Both the position numbers and the translations under genes were made by a program. A stretch of 64,000 nucleotides of DNA, taken from positions 24,796 to 88,795 of IMG/VR virus record IMGVR_UViG_3300036832_000974; one strand, 5' to 3'. Below the pieces are notes generated by a model. The model was not told the DNA's origin. It made no database searches and worked only from the letters and a program-made list of their open reading frames with translations. Source of the DNA: a virus. This document shows positions 36,460 to 45,397 of this stretch, in pieces; position 1 is the first letter of the stretch; every line of letters begins with the position of its first letter.

Positions 36460-37064
36460 TATTCTTCCTCCTTCTTGAAATCGCGGGCGGTCAGCGTGGT
36501 CTTCAGCTCTTTGGCGACCGCATCACCGAGCTGCTTCATGGTGAACAGCTGCACCGGAGCGCCCTTGCCGAACGTCACCGGCATCTGACGCGTCGCGTGC
36601 CACGTTTCGGTCCAGCAGTGGCAGTTCGGATGCACGAGGCCGTTGTTGTACGGATTCATCCCCATGAGTTCTTCGAGCGTGTAGGGCGAGTGCGCCGCGA
36701 CCTCGATGCACTTGTCGCACACAGTGCCGTCATCACGGGTGATAACCTTGAGCAGCGTGCGATCGTCGAAGCCGGTGCGCTTGTCCCACGGCCGGGACCA
36801 GTCCATCTGCTCCGACTGAAACACCTTGCTGGTGTCCATCGACCAGTTGAGATCATCGGGCGTCGCTTTCTTCACCCCGATCAGATCGAACACGTCGTTG
36901 GGATCGAGCCCGGTCTCTTGCGCCACAGCATGTGCGGCTTCGTGGAGAATGTTGTCGCCAACTGTGTTGAGAGCGCGCGCGATGGCAGCGCCGGTCCGTC
37001 TCGGCACGCGATTCATATAGCGCGCCCACTTCAGCAGCTCAGTGGTATCTAATGAGACGTCCAT
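36459..37064 (-). CDS. Minor tail/neck protein (lambda Z-like N-terminus) with MuF-like Cys/His motif
   Basis: AIARALNTVG, then VCDKC...PYTL...HPNCHC. Confidence 0.6.
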   Translation of the reverse strand: MDVSLDTTELLKWARYMNRVPRRTGAAIARALNTVGDNILHEAAHAVAQETGLDPNDVFDLIGVKKATPDDLNWSMDTSKVFQSEQMDWSRPWDKRTGFDDRTLLKVITRDDGTVCDKCIEVAAHSPYTLEELMGMNPYNNGLVHPNCHCWTETWHATRQMPVTFGKGAPVQLFTMKQLGDAVAKELKTTLTARDFKKEEE

Positions 37065-37288
37065 GGTCGCGACAGCATGTCGATGATCAGTAAAACCAGC
37101 ATCACGAACAGCGCGAAACCGGCAAGCGCCACGGCGCGGCCGAACCCCCAGCCCGGCGGTGGCGGCCGCAGCTGCGGTACCGCCTTGAGGTACCCACACG
37201 CCGGACAGGTGCCATTGTGATGGGTGATGGTATGGCCGCCGCAGCCACGACATGGCGTAGCGCGCGGCGGGAAGTTGTCTTCAAACAC
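37049..37288 (-). CDS. Small Zn-ribbon membrane protein
   Basis: CRGC...CPAC followed by a transmembrane helix. Confidence 0.5.
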   Translation of the reverse strand: MFEDNFPPRATPCRGCGGHTITHHNGTCPACGYLKAVPQLRPPPPGWGFGRAVALAGFALFVMLVLLIIDMLSRPWTSH

Positions 37289-37403
37289 GTTGCTTCCGTC
37301 GTAACTGCAAGCCCCGGAAAATCCAGCGCCATGTCACGCGCCGCCAGTAGCCTCGGCCGGTTGGCTTAATATACCAGTAGTATGTTTTGCCCAGCATGCG
37401 GCA

Positions 37404-37643
37404 TCAGTGAAAGAAACGCGGCAACGCCGGGCCGCCGAGCAAGCACGAGATCAGCTCAAAGATCAGATAGACAACGACGATCGCCATGACCGCCCACAGC
37501 ACGATGTTGATGATCTGTGGCAGCGGACCGGGAAGCACGCTGGTCAAATACGGAACCAGAACGCGGATGATCGCAAAGATCGCCGAGACCACGATGATGT
37601 AGACGATCAGCTGGACAAGAAATGCGGTGCTCAAGCATGCCAT
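37404..37643 (-). CDS. Two-TM membrane protein (possible holin)
   Basis: Two long hydrophobic helices, GGAGG RBS. Confidence 0.6.
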   Translation of the reverse strand: MACLSTAFLVQLIVYIIVVSAIFAIIRVLVPYLTSVLPGPLPQIINIVLWAVMAIVVVYLIFELISCLLGGPALPRFFH

Positions 37644-37645
37644 GA

Positions 37646-38530
37646 TCACGGCCCTCCAAGGTCATCTTGGTCCGACGGATTAGCTTGCGGTGTCGTCTGC
37701 GGCGCCATGTCGGCGTCGTGCAGCGTGATATCGGTGAGCGGCGGCACGAACTCATTCGGGTCGGAATAGTCGAGCGGCGGCTCTTCGATGTACGGATCGG
37801 GCAGCGGTACCGCCGCATTGATCGCCTCGATACCTTCCTTGGTCAGACCGAGCTGGCCCTGGATCACGCGCCAATCCGGCGCCGCAGTTGCCACCACCAG
37901 CAGACCCTCGATGATACCAGCGTAGTCAATCTGATTGCTCAACGGCTGCGAGCGCGCCAGCGTAACAAAGTCGTAGACGGGATGACCGACCTTCGGTATG
38001 AGACCGGGCGAAAAGTCGTACATCGGCTCGACCACGAAGATGATCCGCCGCGCCGCATAGCGCACACCCTGCGATGCCTGTCCGCCACGCCGCGACGGCA
38101 CCCGTCGAATGTTGACGGTGAAGCGCTTGAACAGCTCGCCCCACGCGCTCTTGTAATCACCCGACAGCGCCGCGAATACCTGCGCGCTGACAACGTCGCA
38201 TGCCCATTCCATGCCGACATCGGTGGCGGCGAACTTCAGCACCAGCGGCGACAGCGGATCGCCTTTCGTGGCACGCACCGCGCCCGCAATGCCAATCTCA
38301 ACCGCGAGCGACAGCGCGCGATTACGACCATCGTAGATTTCACCAACACCAGTAACCGGTTGAACATCGTCTTGATCCGTATAAACCACGCAGTACGGTT
38401 TTGCCGGACCACCATAAACCGCCTGTGCCAGAGGCGTTAAATCGCTATCATAAACGCGTTCCTCGGCCCACGTCTTGTCGCGCAGCGCGCCGACCGCGCA
38501 GGCTCGAATCATCGCGCGCAGCAGACTCAT
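37646..38530 (-). CDS. Putative tail terminator/completion protein
   Basis: TWAEERVYDS...VVYTD. Position after the head-tail joining genes. Confidence 0.6.
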   Translation of the reverse strand: MSLLRAMIRACAVGALRDKTWAEERVYDSDLTPLAQAVYGGPAKPYCVVYTDQDDVQPVTGVGEIYDGRNRALSLAVEIGIAGAVRATKGDPLSPLVLKFAATDVGMEWACDVVSAQVFAALSGDYKSAWGELFKRFTVNIRRVPSRRGGQASQGVRYAARRIIFVVEPMYDFSPGLIPKVGHPVYDFVTLARSQPLSNQIDYAGIIEGLLVVATAAPDWRVIQGQLGLTKEGIEAINAAVPLPDPYIEEPPLDYSDPNEFVPPLTDITLHDADMAPQTTPQANPSDQDDLGGP

Positions 38531-38641
38531 AATAGAACTCCCTCACTGCGCGCTCGATCGCGTGGCGCATGCGGCGATGGCAATGGTCCTCGCGCATCAC
38601 ACTGGTGAGATGACGAAGGAAGCGGCGCAGTTCACGCGCTG

Positions 38642-39088
38642 TCATCGCGGCGGCGTCCACGTCTCCGGCTCGGCCTGCCAGCCCGGGCCCTGCTGCAGCC
38701 GGATCAGCATCACGTGGTAGCGCTTGGTCGCATCAGGGATGACCGATTGAATGGTGTGCCATTGCTGGTTCGGCAGCTGATCAGGCAAGAAGACGCGATC
38801 GTAGGCGTTCCAGTTGCCGGGATCGCCCATGTTGTATTCGGTGATCTCGACCCACTCCTGTGCCACTTGCGTATTCGCATTGATGCCGGGCGCCTCGACA
38901 TCAGCCGTCGGCGCTCCCGAGGTGCGATAGACGCCAACAGTGCGGATCACGACCCGCTGCGAGTCCTGTTGGCCCTCGTCGGACACCCGCTGCCCGCCAC
39001 TCCAGGGTATCAAGTGCACCGGCTCGGCGAACTGATCATCAACGATACCGTCCATGCGCTGCTGCAGCACCCGCCAGTCCAGCATCAC
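38642..39088 (-). CDS. Head closure / head-tail joining protein
   Basis: 148 aa, beta-rich, follows DUF4054. Confidence 0.6.
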   Translation of the reverse strand: MMLDWRVLQQRMDGIVDDQFAEPVHLIPWSGGQRVSDEGQQDSQRVVIRTVGVYRTSGAPTADVEAPGINANTQVAQEWVEITEYNMGDPGNWNAYDRVFLPDQLPNQQWHTIQSVIPDATKRYHVMLIRLQQGPGWQAEPETWTPPR

Positions 39089-39495
39089 ACCACCATGATC
39101 GGAATGATGTTGCGATTACGAAGGTTCAGAAACATCTGGCCGTACAGCGTCAGCGGCAGCGTCTCTTCACCGGATCCCGCCATGCCCTTGATCGTTCCCC
39201 AGTTCGCTCTGGTGCCATAGCTCACCGAGCGCTCGCCGAAGCTGATGTTATTAACGAACAGGTCGAGCGGACCAACCCCATGCTGGGCATTGGCCGCCTG
39301 CGTTGCCTGCATCGTTATCAGATGCGCCGCGTACATCATCCGCGCATTGGCGAAGTCGACCAAGTTCGGCCACACGCTGGGATCCAGCAACATGTCGACG
39401 ATGTTGATGGCCGACGCCACGACCGCATCCGGATAGGTGCTGAAGTCGGCAAACTCTGCCTTGAGCATCAGCACGTCCTGCGCCGTCGCGGACAC
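39085..39495 (-). CDS. Head-tail adaptor (DUF4054-like)
   Basis: EFADF...YAAHLI...SVSY...TLYGQMF. Confidence 0.85.
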   Translation of the reverse strand: MSATAQDVLMLKAEFADFSTYPDAVVASAINIVDMLLDPSVWPNLVDFANARMMYAAHLITMQATQAANAQHGVGPLDLFVNNISFGERSVSYGTRANWGTIKGMAGSGEETLPLTLYGQMFLNLRNRNIIPIMVV

Positions 39496-39498
39496 GGG

Positions 39499-39984
39499 TC
39501 AGCCCCGGCGCGCAACCGCCGCAGCGGCCGCCGCAACCGGATCCATGACCGCCATCGGCGGCGGCACGTCATTGCGAGCCGACGGCAGATCGTCGACGTC
39601 GACAAACCGCACCGGATGCAACGGCAGCGGCTGACCGTAGAAATGGCCGGTCATGAAGTAACCGCGGTCAGGCCGCGTCTTCTCGCGATGCGCAGCAATC
39701 TGGCTCACCGTCATTTCAATGCGCTTGCTCTGGGTGGGCTGCAGCGCATGCTGGTTGTTGTAGCGATCGATCATGATGTGGGTTTGCGCCGGGTGAAAGT
39801 TGCGCAGCGTCACCCACTGTGACTCCTCCTGGAGCTGCCTTGCATCCGGCGGAATGGTGTACTGCGGCACCAGCTGCGGTCGGTGCGGCTGATCGAGCGT
39901 CGGCGCAAGAGCGAGATTTGGCGGCGCCTGCGGCTGACGGCCCTTCGCCGCCAGCGCGTCCAGGTCGACGGGACCTTCCATCAT
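39499..39984 (-). CDS. Hypothetical head-associated protein
   Basis: GGAGG RBS, 161 aa. Confidence 0.65.
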   Translation of the reverse strand: MMEGPVDLDALAAKGRQPQAPPNLALAPTLDQPHRPQLVPQYTIPPDARQLQEESQWVTLRNFHPAQTHIMIDRYNNQHALQPTQSKRIEMTVSQIAAHREKTRPDRGYFMTGHFYGQPLPLHPVRFVDVDDLPSARNDVPPPMAVMDPVAAAAAAVARRG

Positions 39985-40097
39985 TGCGTTACCTCCGATT
40001 TAGGATATGGTGGCTGCGCTGGCCGCCCGCGCTCTCGCAGAGCTGATGTCGCTACCGAGGCTCCATCAACTGCCGACCGCGGTCGCGGCCAGCGTTC

Positions 40098-40427
40098 TCA
40101 CAGAACCGCACCGTTGAGCAGCTCGATCGCTGCCGCGCGCGTCATCGCCACCTTGACGTCGCCAGCATTGCTCTTGATCGTCACGGTCTCGGGCTTCGCG
40201 GGCACCGCGGGCTTAGCTTCAACGGCGGGATGACCGGCACGCGGCGGACGGCCAGGATTGTCACCGCTGGCAGGCTCGCCGGGATCATCCTCAACCGCGT
40301 CCTGCGCTTCCACCGCGGGCTGCGCCGGCTCGCCCGGCTCGATCTCAGCCCCAGTGACCTGCGATAGCACGATGATGTGCGGCTTGCCGTCAACGTCGTT
40401 CACGAGCACTGCATTCTTCATGATCAT
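40098..40427 (-). CDS. Hypothetical protein with PAVEA low-complexity insert
   Basis: GGAG RBS, directly after the capsid gene. Confidence 0.65.
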   Translation of the reverse strand: MIMKNAVLVNDVDGKPHIIVLSQVTGAEIEPGEPAQPAVEAQDAVEDDPGEPASGDNPGRPPRAGHPAVEAKPAVPAKPETVTIKSNAGDVKVAMTRAAAIELLNGAVL

Positions 40428-40453
40428 GTCCTCCGGAATCTGTTGGCTATCGA

Positions 40454-41401
40454 TCAGCAGATGCCGTCGACGTAGCGGATCGCGGCTGGTCGTCTGATCT
40501 CGACGCCACCGGTTCGGAAGATGCCCGGCACGTCATAGACCAGCGGGCCGCGCTGCCACACCGGCAAGAAGCGATGCGGCATCGGCACGTGCATCTTGAT
40601 GATCTCGGGATCCTTGCGATACGCCACCATGCGACCGCCACCCGATGCGCCCGCCGTATCAAGACCGCGCACCGCGCGCACGGTGAGAGCGCCGCCCGTT
40701 TGCTGGGTGTAAATGTTGTTCTTCATCAGCCATTCGAGCAGGTTCATCGTGGTGTTCGGTAGCTGCGCGATGTTGATCGCCGACATCGCCGAGAACGGCA
40801 ACAGCAGTGTGTCGGCCGTCTCGATGCCGAGCGATCCCTGCCAGATGTTGGTGAGACACATGTTGACGTCGTTGAGAATCGCCTGCGTCAACGGCGGTGC
40901 CTGCGCCATGTCATAGGCCCAGGTGTGCGAAGTATTGATAACGGCAGGCAGAGTATGATTGGTCAATCCCAACCAGCTCTTAACAGTATTGCCGTAGAGG
41001 GCGATATTATGAAGAAACTCCTCGCTGGCCCGACGCGCAGCGCTGGCGCGCTCGGTCGAAAGCGAGAAATTGGGTATCATCATCGATTGCGCCAGCTCCT
41101 CGGTATTATACCGATAGCCGATCGCACCCATCTCGATCGCAACCTCACCCTTGGCGCGAACGACGTCTGCCAGGGGCACATCTGATGCCTGTGCGTGGAA
41201 CCAATCCGCGGCACCGACTTGGTCGATCGAAAAGAAGGTGACGCTTTTTGCCCATTCAGTACCGGTCGAATCTACTGGCATTAACTCGCGCCAAATCAAA
41301 TCCGGATACTTAATCCGGTAAACTGTCGGTTCGATGTAAGTGATTTGGCTGACCAAGAAGCTCAGGGCCGCCTGTTCGTTAGGCATATCACGGAAAAACA
41401 T
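40454..41401 (-). CDS. Major capsid protein (DUF2184 family)
   Basis: GYRYNTEELAQS, GLTNH, DTLLLP, RMVAY...PMPHRFLP...GGVEIRRPAAIRYVDGI. Confidence 0.93.
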   Translation of the reverse strand: MFFRDMPNEQAALSFLVSQITYIEPTVYRIKYPDLIWRELMPVDSTGTEWAKSVTFFSIDQVGAADWFHAQASDVPLADVVRAKGEVAIEMGAIGYRYNTEELAQSMMIPNFSLSTERASAARRASEEFLHNIALYGNTVKSWLGLTNHTLPAVINTSHTWAYDMAQAPPLTQAILNDVNMCLTNIWQGSLGIETADTLLLPFSAMSAINIAQLPNTTMNLLEWLMKNNIYTQQTGGALTVRAVRGLDTAGASGGGRMVAYRKDPEIIKMHVPMPHRFLPVWQRGPLVYDVPGIFRTGGVEIRRPAAIRYVDGIC

Positions 41402-41476
41402 GACGATCTCCTATTACGTCGTTTGTTGTGGATCGCCCGTTCCCGCGGGCCCTGAAACCGCGGGCGCGAGCGGAAT

Positions 41477-42346
41477 TTAGAACTGCATCGACAGCGAAGC
41501 GCGCGCGATGTTGCCCGCCACGTTCTTGTCAAGCCAGCGGCCGCCGGTGACAGCCGTCGCTGATGCGGTACCGCCAGCGAGCGTCGCACCCGACTTGGTG
41601 GCGCCGGGCGGCACCGTAGTGATGGCAAGCGCGTTGCCAGCAGTGCCGGGCGCAACCGCCGCAATCAGGATGGTGTCGGCGCCGGACCCCTGCGCCGCGC
41701 CGCCGGGCGAAGCCGGAGAAGCGGTGAAGTTGAGCGCGGCAAAGCCCGCGGTAGCCGACCCTTCGAGCACAGCCGCCGCCGCCGCAACGGTGTCGCCCAG
41801 CGTCGGACCGATGTTGACCTGATCGCCGGTCGCGCCAGACGTCTTGAAGGTGAAGGTCGCGCCATTGATGACGAGGGTGTCGCCATCGCTCGGCTGCCGC
41901 GAGAACGTCACCGAACCGGTCGCACTGGTGCCGGACGCGCTGTTCGCAAATGCGCCGGTGGTGGTGTTGTAGAACAGCGGATCGTTGGGATTGACCGGCG
42001 AACCAGCCGTCACCCAGATGCGGCCGCGCGTCAGCACGGCAACATTGGTGCGTAGCCCATAAGCGTCAACGGGATTGAGTGTGTTGGAATACGGATCAAC
42101 CGGCGACAGCGACAGCGTGATGTCGCGAATGCTGATGCCGATGAAGGCCGAGCCACCAAGCACGCAGCCGCGGGTGCGGCCATAAAAGTCACTGGTGACG
42201 CCCCAGCCGACCGCAGCACCAAACGGAATGCCTGCAGCCGTCTCGTTGACCCACGTGCTGATCGACCGCTCGGTCATATCAGCCAGCATGCCCGGCAACG
42301 CGGGACGAATTTGCGGGGCATAACTTCTCTGGAGTACGACAGTCAT
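41477..42346 (-). CDS. Head decoration/cement protein with inserted domain
   Basis: IPFGAAV...FIGISIR...VAVLTRGRIWV. Lies between DUF2213 and the capsid gene. Confidence 0.8.
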   Translation of the reverse strand: MTVVLQRSYAPQIRPALPGMLADMTERSISTWVNETAAGIPFGAAVGWGVTSDFYGRTRGCVLGGSAFIGISIRDITLSLSPVDPYSNTLNPVDAYGLRTNVAVLTRGRIWVTAGSPVNPNDPLFYNTTTGAFANSASGTSATGSVTFSRQPSDGDTLVINGATFTFKTSGATGDQVNIGPTLGDTVAAAAAVLEGSATAGFAALNFTASPASPGGAAQGSGADTILIAAVAPGTAGNALAITTVPPGATKSGATLAGGTASATAVTGGRWLDKNVAGNIARASLSMQF

Positions 42347-42385
42347 TTGAATCTCCTATTTGCGGTGTTGCGTAAATGCGCGCGC

Positions 42386-44068
42386 TTAGGCTTGAAAGCC
42401 CTGCGCCGCGGCGGCCGCCTTGCGCTGCTCGGGCGTCATCCACGCATGCGTCATGTCGAACACGCTCTGCGCATAGGCGGCGTCGCGGATGTGCTGAGGG
42501 TTGCTGCCATCGAACTGCGGCATTGGCGCGTAACCATTGCCGGGCCGCCCCGCGAACACCCGCACCGCATCAGCCACACCACCAGCGGTCGGAGCGGTGG
42601 CGGTGAGCGTGTCAAAGCTCGCCCTGATCTGCTCGTCGCTCCAACCCTGCGCAGCGGCGCCGAGCTTGGCGTCGACCACCTGCTTGCGCATGTCCTCGAT
42701 GGTCTTGCCGTCGACCATCAGCTTATCGCCGAGCACCCGGCGCGCCTTCTCGACCGCGGCGTGGCGATCCTTCACCAGCGCATCGAGCTGCTGTGGCGTC
42801 AGCTTGGCATCGGCCAGCTGCTTCTTGAGTGTGACGATCTCGGCGTCCTTGGTGCCGAGCTGCGTGGCCATCTCGGTGATCTTCACCGCGGCGTCCTTGC
42901 AGTCCTCGTCCTTCTTCTTGCCGTTCTTCTTCTCTTCCTCGAACGCATCCTGCAGTGCGCTGATGGTGCGTTGGACCAGCGCGGCAGCGGTGTCGGTCAT
43001 CTGGCATTCGATGCCGTCAACCATCACGGTCTTGAGGTTCATTGCATTCTCCTTCGGATGATTGTGATCGCCGATCTTCAAAGTCGGACCACCTCGCGCC
43101 ACGGCGACAACGGCTAGATGGTTTGCCCTGATGTTTCGCTGGACGGCGTCGTAGTGCTCGCCCTTGGGCGTGACGCCCGGCGACCATTCAAGGTCGCAGG
43201 TGTAGCCAACCGAAAGCTGATTGGTGCCAGCCTTGAATGCGGCGATCGCAGCCTTGTCCATCAGCGTCATTGGCACGCGGATCGCATCGCCCTCGCGCAG
43301 CACCTCATCGCCGATCGAGCCGACCGAATATTCCTTCCAGTTGTCGGCAGTGACCGCCACCGGCGGATGATCGAGCGTCACCGGCTTGTGCGCGAAGGTC
43401 TTCAGCGCGTCCGTCGAGAACACCGTGGACTCGGGCCGATACACCCGCACCACGTCCATGTCGGCAATGCCGCATTCCTCGCCGTGGTAGAGCTGGATCC
43501 CGACCTTCGCGACACGCGGTGTCGCCGTCATGTAGCCGTCCTTGGTGAAGGTGACTTTCGCCGCGTCGTCGAACTCGACCTTGTCGGCAAGCTGCAGCGT
43601 CGTCGGAAGCGGTATGGCATCACCAACAATGCGGAACAGCGCGGACATGGAGTCTTCCTCCTCGTACTCGTTCAGCAGACGGCCCATCGGGTCGCGCCGG
43701 GTCACGCGCTTGCCGCTGCCGGGATTGGCTTTGAACTCGGAAACCAGCCGACCCATCGGGTCGCGCTCGGTGGTGTTGCTGCCGCTGCGCGGGCGCGTCG
43801 CCCCGGTGATCGGGTCGTAATAGAGAAGATCCCGCTGCGGGAACGTGCGGAAAATTGCGGGAACTTGCGCATCATTGCGCTTGCGGTTGTTGTAGGTCTC
43901 GCCGTAGTAGCCGCCCGTGGTTGTCGTCCGCTTGCGGGAATTGCACTTGTCGACGCCACTGATCGTCCCGGCGTTCTTGCTCGCGTAAAAGACCCGCTCG
44001 CCTTCCTCCTCGCCGTACTGCTCACGCATCGACGCAAGAATCTTGCGTCCCTTCTCGGTGAGGGGCAT
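42386..44068 (-). CDS. DUF2213 prohead protease/scaffold with N-terminal extension
   Basis: VAKVGIQLY, VYRPE..VFS, PVTLDHP, LSVGY, NHLAVVAVARGG, then a coiled-coil scaffold. Internal RBS-led starts at 43648 and 43042. Confidence 0.9.
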   Translation of the reverse strand: MPLTEKGRKILASMREQYGEEEGERVFYASKNAGTISGVDKCNSRKRTTTTGGYYGETYNNRKRNDAQVPAIFRTFPQRDLLYYDPITGATRPRSGSNTTERDPMGRLVSEFKANPGSGKRVTRRDPMGRLLNEYEEEDSMSALFRIVGDAIPLPTTLQLADKVEFDDAAKVTFTKDGYMTATPRVAKVGIQLYHGEECGIADMDVVRVYRPESTVFSTDALKTFAHKPVTLDHPPVAVTADNWKEYSVGSIGDEVLREGDAIRVPMTLMDKAAIAAFKAGTNQLSVGYTCDLEWSPGVTPKGEHYDAVQRNIRANHLAVVAVARGGPTLKIGDHNHPKENAMNLKTVMVDGIECQMTDTAAALVQRTISALQDAFEEEKKNGKKKDEDCKDAAVKITEMATQLGTKDAEIVTLKKQLADAKLTPQQLDALVKDRHAAVEKARRVLGDKLMVDGKTIEDMRKQVVDAKLGAAAQGWSDEQIRASFDTLTATAPTAGGVADAVRVFAGRPGNGYAPMPQFDGSNPQHIRDAAYAQSVFDMTHAWMTPEQRKAAAAAQGFQA

Positions 44069-44339
44069 CGGTGCGGCTCCGTGCAGAATTTTGCGTGAAT
44101 TTGCGGCGACGCATTTTGTGCGTCGGATTTGTGCGTCGGATTGTCGGATTGTCGGGATTGATTGATGCCGGACGCTTCCAGTCGCCCCAACAGTTTGAAG
44201 CACGTCAGTTCGTGCTGGCATCAAGCCGTCAGATTTTACCGGATATCTGCCCGCAACCGTAGACACCGGTATTGCGTTGCAGTAAGCACCTGCCCGCCGC
44301 ACGTCAGCGGCAGACAGCAACCCCAATGGGAGGACCTCG

Positions 44340-44600
44340 ATGGATCAGACCCGTCGCGACATCGACTATAATCACGACTTCGGGCACGACATCAGACGCT
44401 TACAGCAAGCTCCTATCGCTTTACTTGGAGGCTGGCTGGAAGTCTGGCGCGGCTACACCCAAGCGGCGCACGCCATGTTCAACGTCATGTCCGAAGCGAT
44501 GCACTCGAACGTCCGCCACATCACCAACACCATCGACGAGGTCCGCGATCAGGCTGACCAACGTCGCCCGATCGGTACCGGCCCGTCTGCGAAGCCGTAA
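44340..44600 (+). CDS. Counter-oriented moron, helical phasin-like protein
   Basis: GGGAGG RBS. Amphipathic 86-aa helical protein on the opposite strand to the late operon. Confidence 0.6.
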   Translation: MDQTRRDIDYNHDFGHDIRRLQQAPIALLGGWLEVWRGYTQAAHAMFNVMSEAMHSNVRHITNTIDEVRDQADQRRPIGTGPSAKP

Positions 44601-44604
44601 GGCT

Positions 44605-44790
44605 TCAGTCGCGAGGGGGTGCCACGCCCCCTCGCTTCCGGCCCCGCAACGCCAACGGCCAGATCAGCGCGCACAGCGCCAGCGCCGCGAGCTTGAAGGC
44701 CGGATGCATCGGCACCTTGAACCACGTCAGAACCGCAGGCCACGTACCGATCGCCAGATAGGCGACCGCCGCATAGCCAAGCATGGTCAC
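44605..44790 (-). CDS. Small two-TM membrane protein
   Basis: Hydrophobic 61 aa, coupled to the upstream gene. Confidence 0.55.
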   Translation of the reverse strand: MTMLGYAAVAYLAIGTWPAVLTWFKVPMHPAFKLAALALCALIWPLALRGRKRGGVAPPRD

Positions 44791-45182
44791 TTGGTAAGCT
44801 TCTTCAGCTCAGCATCGAGCTTGGCCGCCGTCAGTGGACCCATCCAGCCGTCGGCGGTCAGGCCAAACTTGGTCTGGAACGCACTGATCGCTTCGTGAGT
44901 CTTCGGCCCCATGTCGCCATCGACAACCAGCTTGGGCAAGCCGAGGTCGAACTGATTGAGCCCGTCCTGTACCCACCGCACGTCATACTGCGGCGTCGAC
45001 GTTCCCGCTGGCAGAAACAGCGCCAGCAGCTCCTTGACCTGCGGCGCGATCGCCGGAATATCCCGCTGCAGCATCTCGATGTAGGGCTTCGCTGCAGCGA
45101 TCAACGCATTGATCTTGTCGCGGTTCTGCAGCAGCTTGAACACCATCTGCATGGTGTTGCCGATGTCACCAATCGTGCTCAT
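44787..45182 (-). CDS. Peptidoglycan-binding domain protein (PG_binding_1), no catalytic domain
   Basis: DVRWVQDGLN...VDGDMGPKTHEAISAFQ...GLTADGWMGPLT. Confidence 0.85.
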   Translation of the reverse strand: MSTIGDIGNTMQMVFKLLQNRDKINALIAAAKPYIEMLQRDIPAIAPQVKELLALFLPAGTSTPQYDVRWVQDGLNQFDLGLPKLVVDGDMGPKTHEAISAFQTKFGLTADGWMGPLTAAKLDAELKKLTK

Positions 45183-45397
45183 GGCTTACTCCTCCCCCTC
45201 GGGATCAAGCGGTCGATAGTCGCGTCATCGTAGCCCTTCGCTTTGAGCCGCGCGCGCGACACCTCGGCAGCGGCGTCGTGATCGCCATCGTCGAGAATCG
45301 CATTGTGCAGCTCGGCATCCGCCCGCAGCGGGCCATCACGATAGAAGAACTCTTTAGCCGGCTGGCTTGGCTTCGGCACGTTTGGCCTTTCCGACAT
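45179..45397 (-). CDS. Hypothetical protein (candidate immunity/partner of the MuF-GNAT domain)
   Basis: 72 aa, overlapping the 3' end of the portal fusion. Confidence 0.55.
   Translation of the reverse strand: MSERPNVPKPSQPAKEFFYRDGPLRADAELHNAILDDGDHDAAAEVSRARLKAKGYDDATIDRLIPRGRSKP

Noticed and set aside
40044-40070. Hammerhead ribozyme (CTGATG)
   Set aside because: Lacks the CUGANGA and GAAA core.
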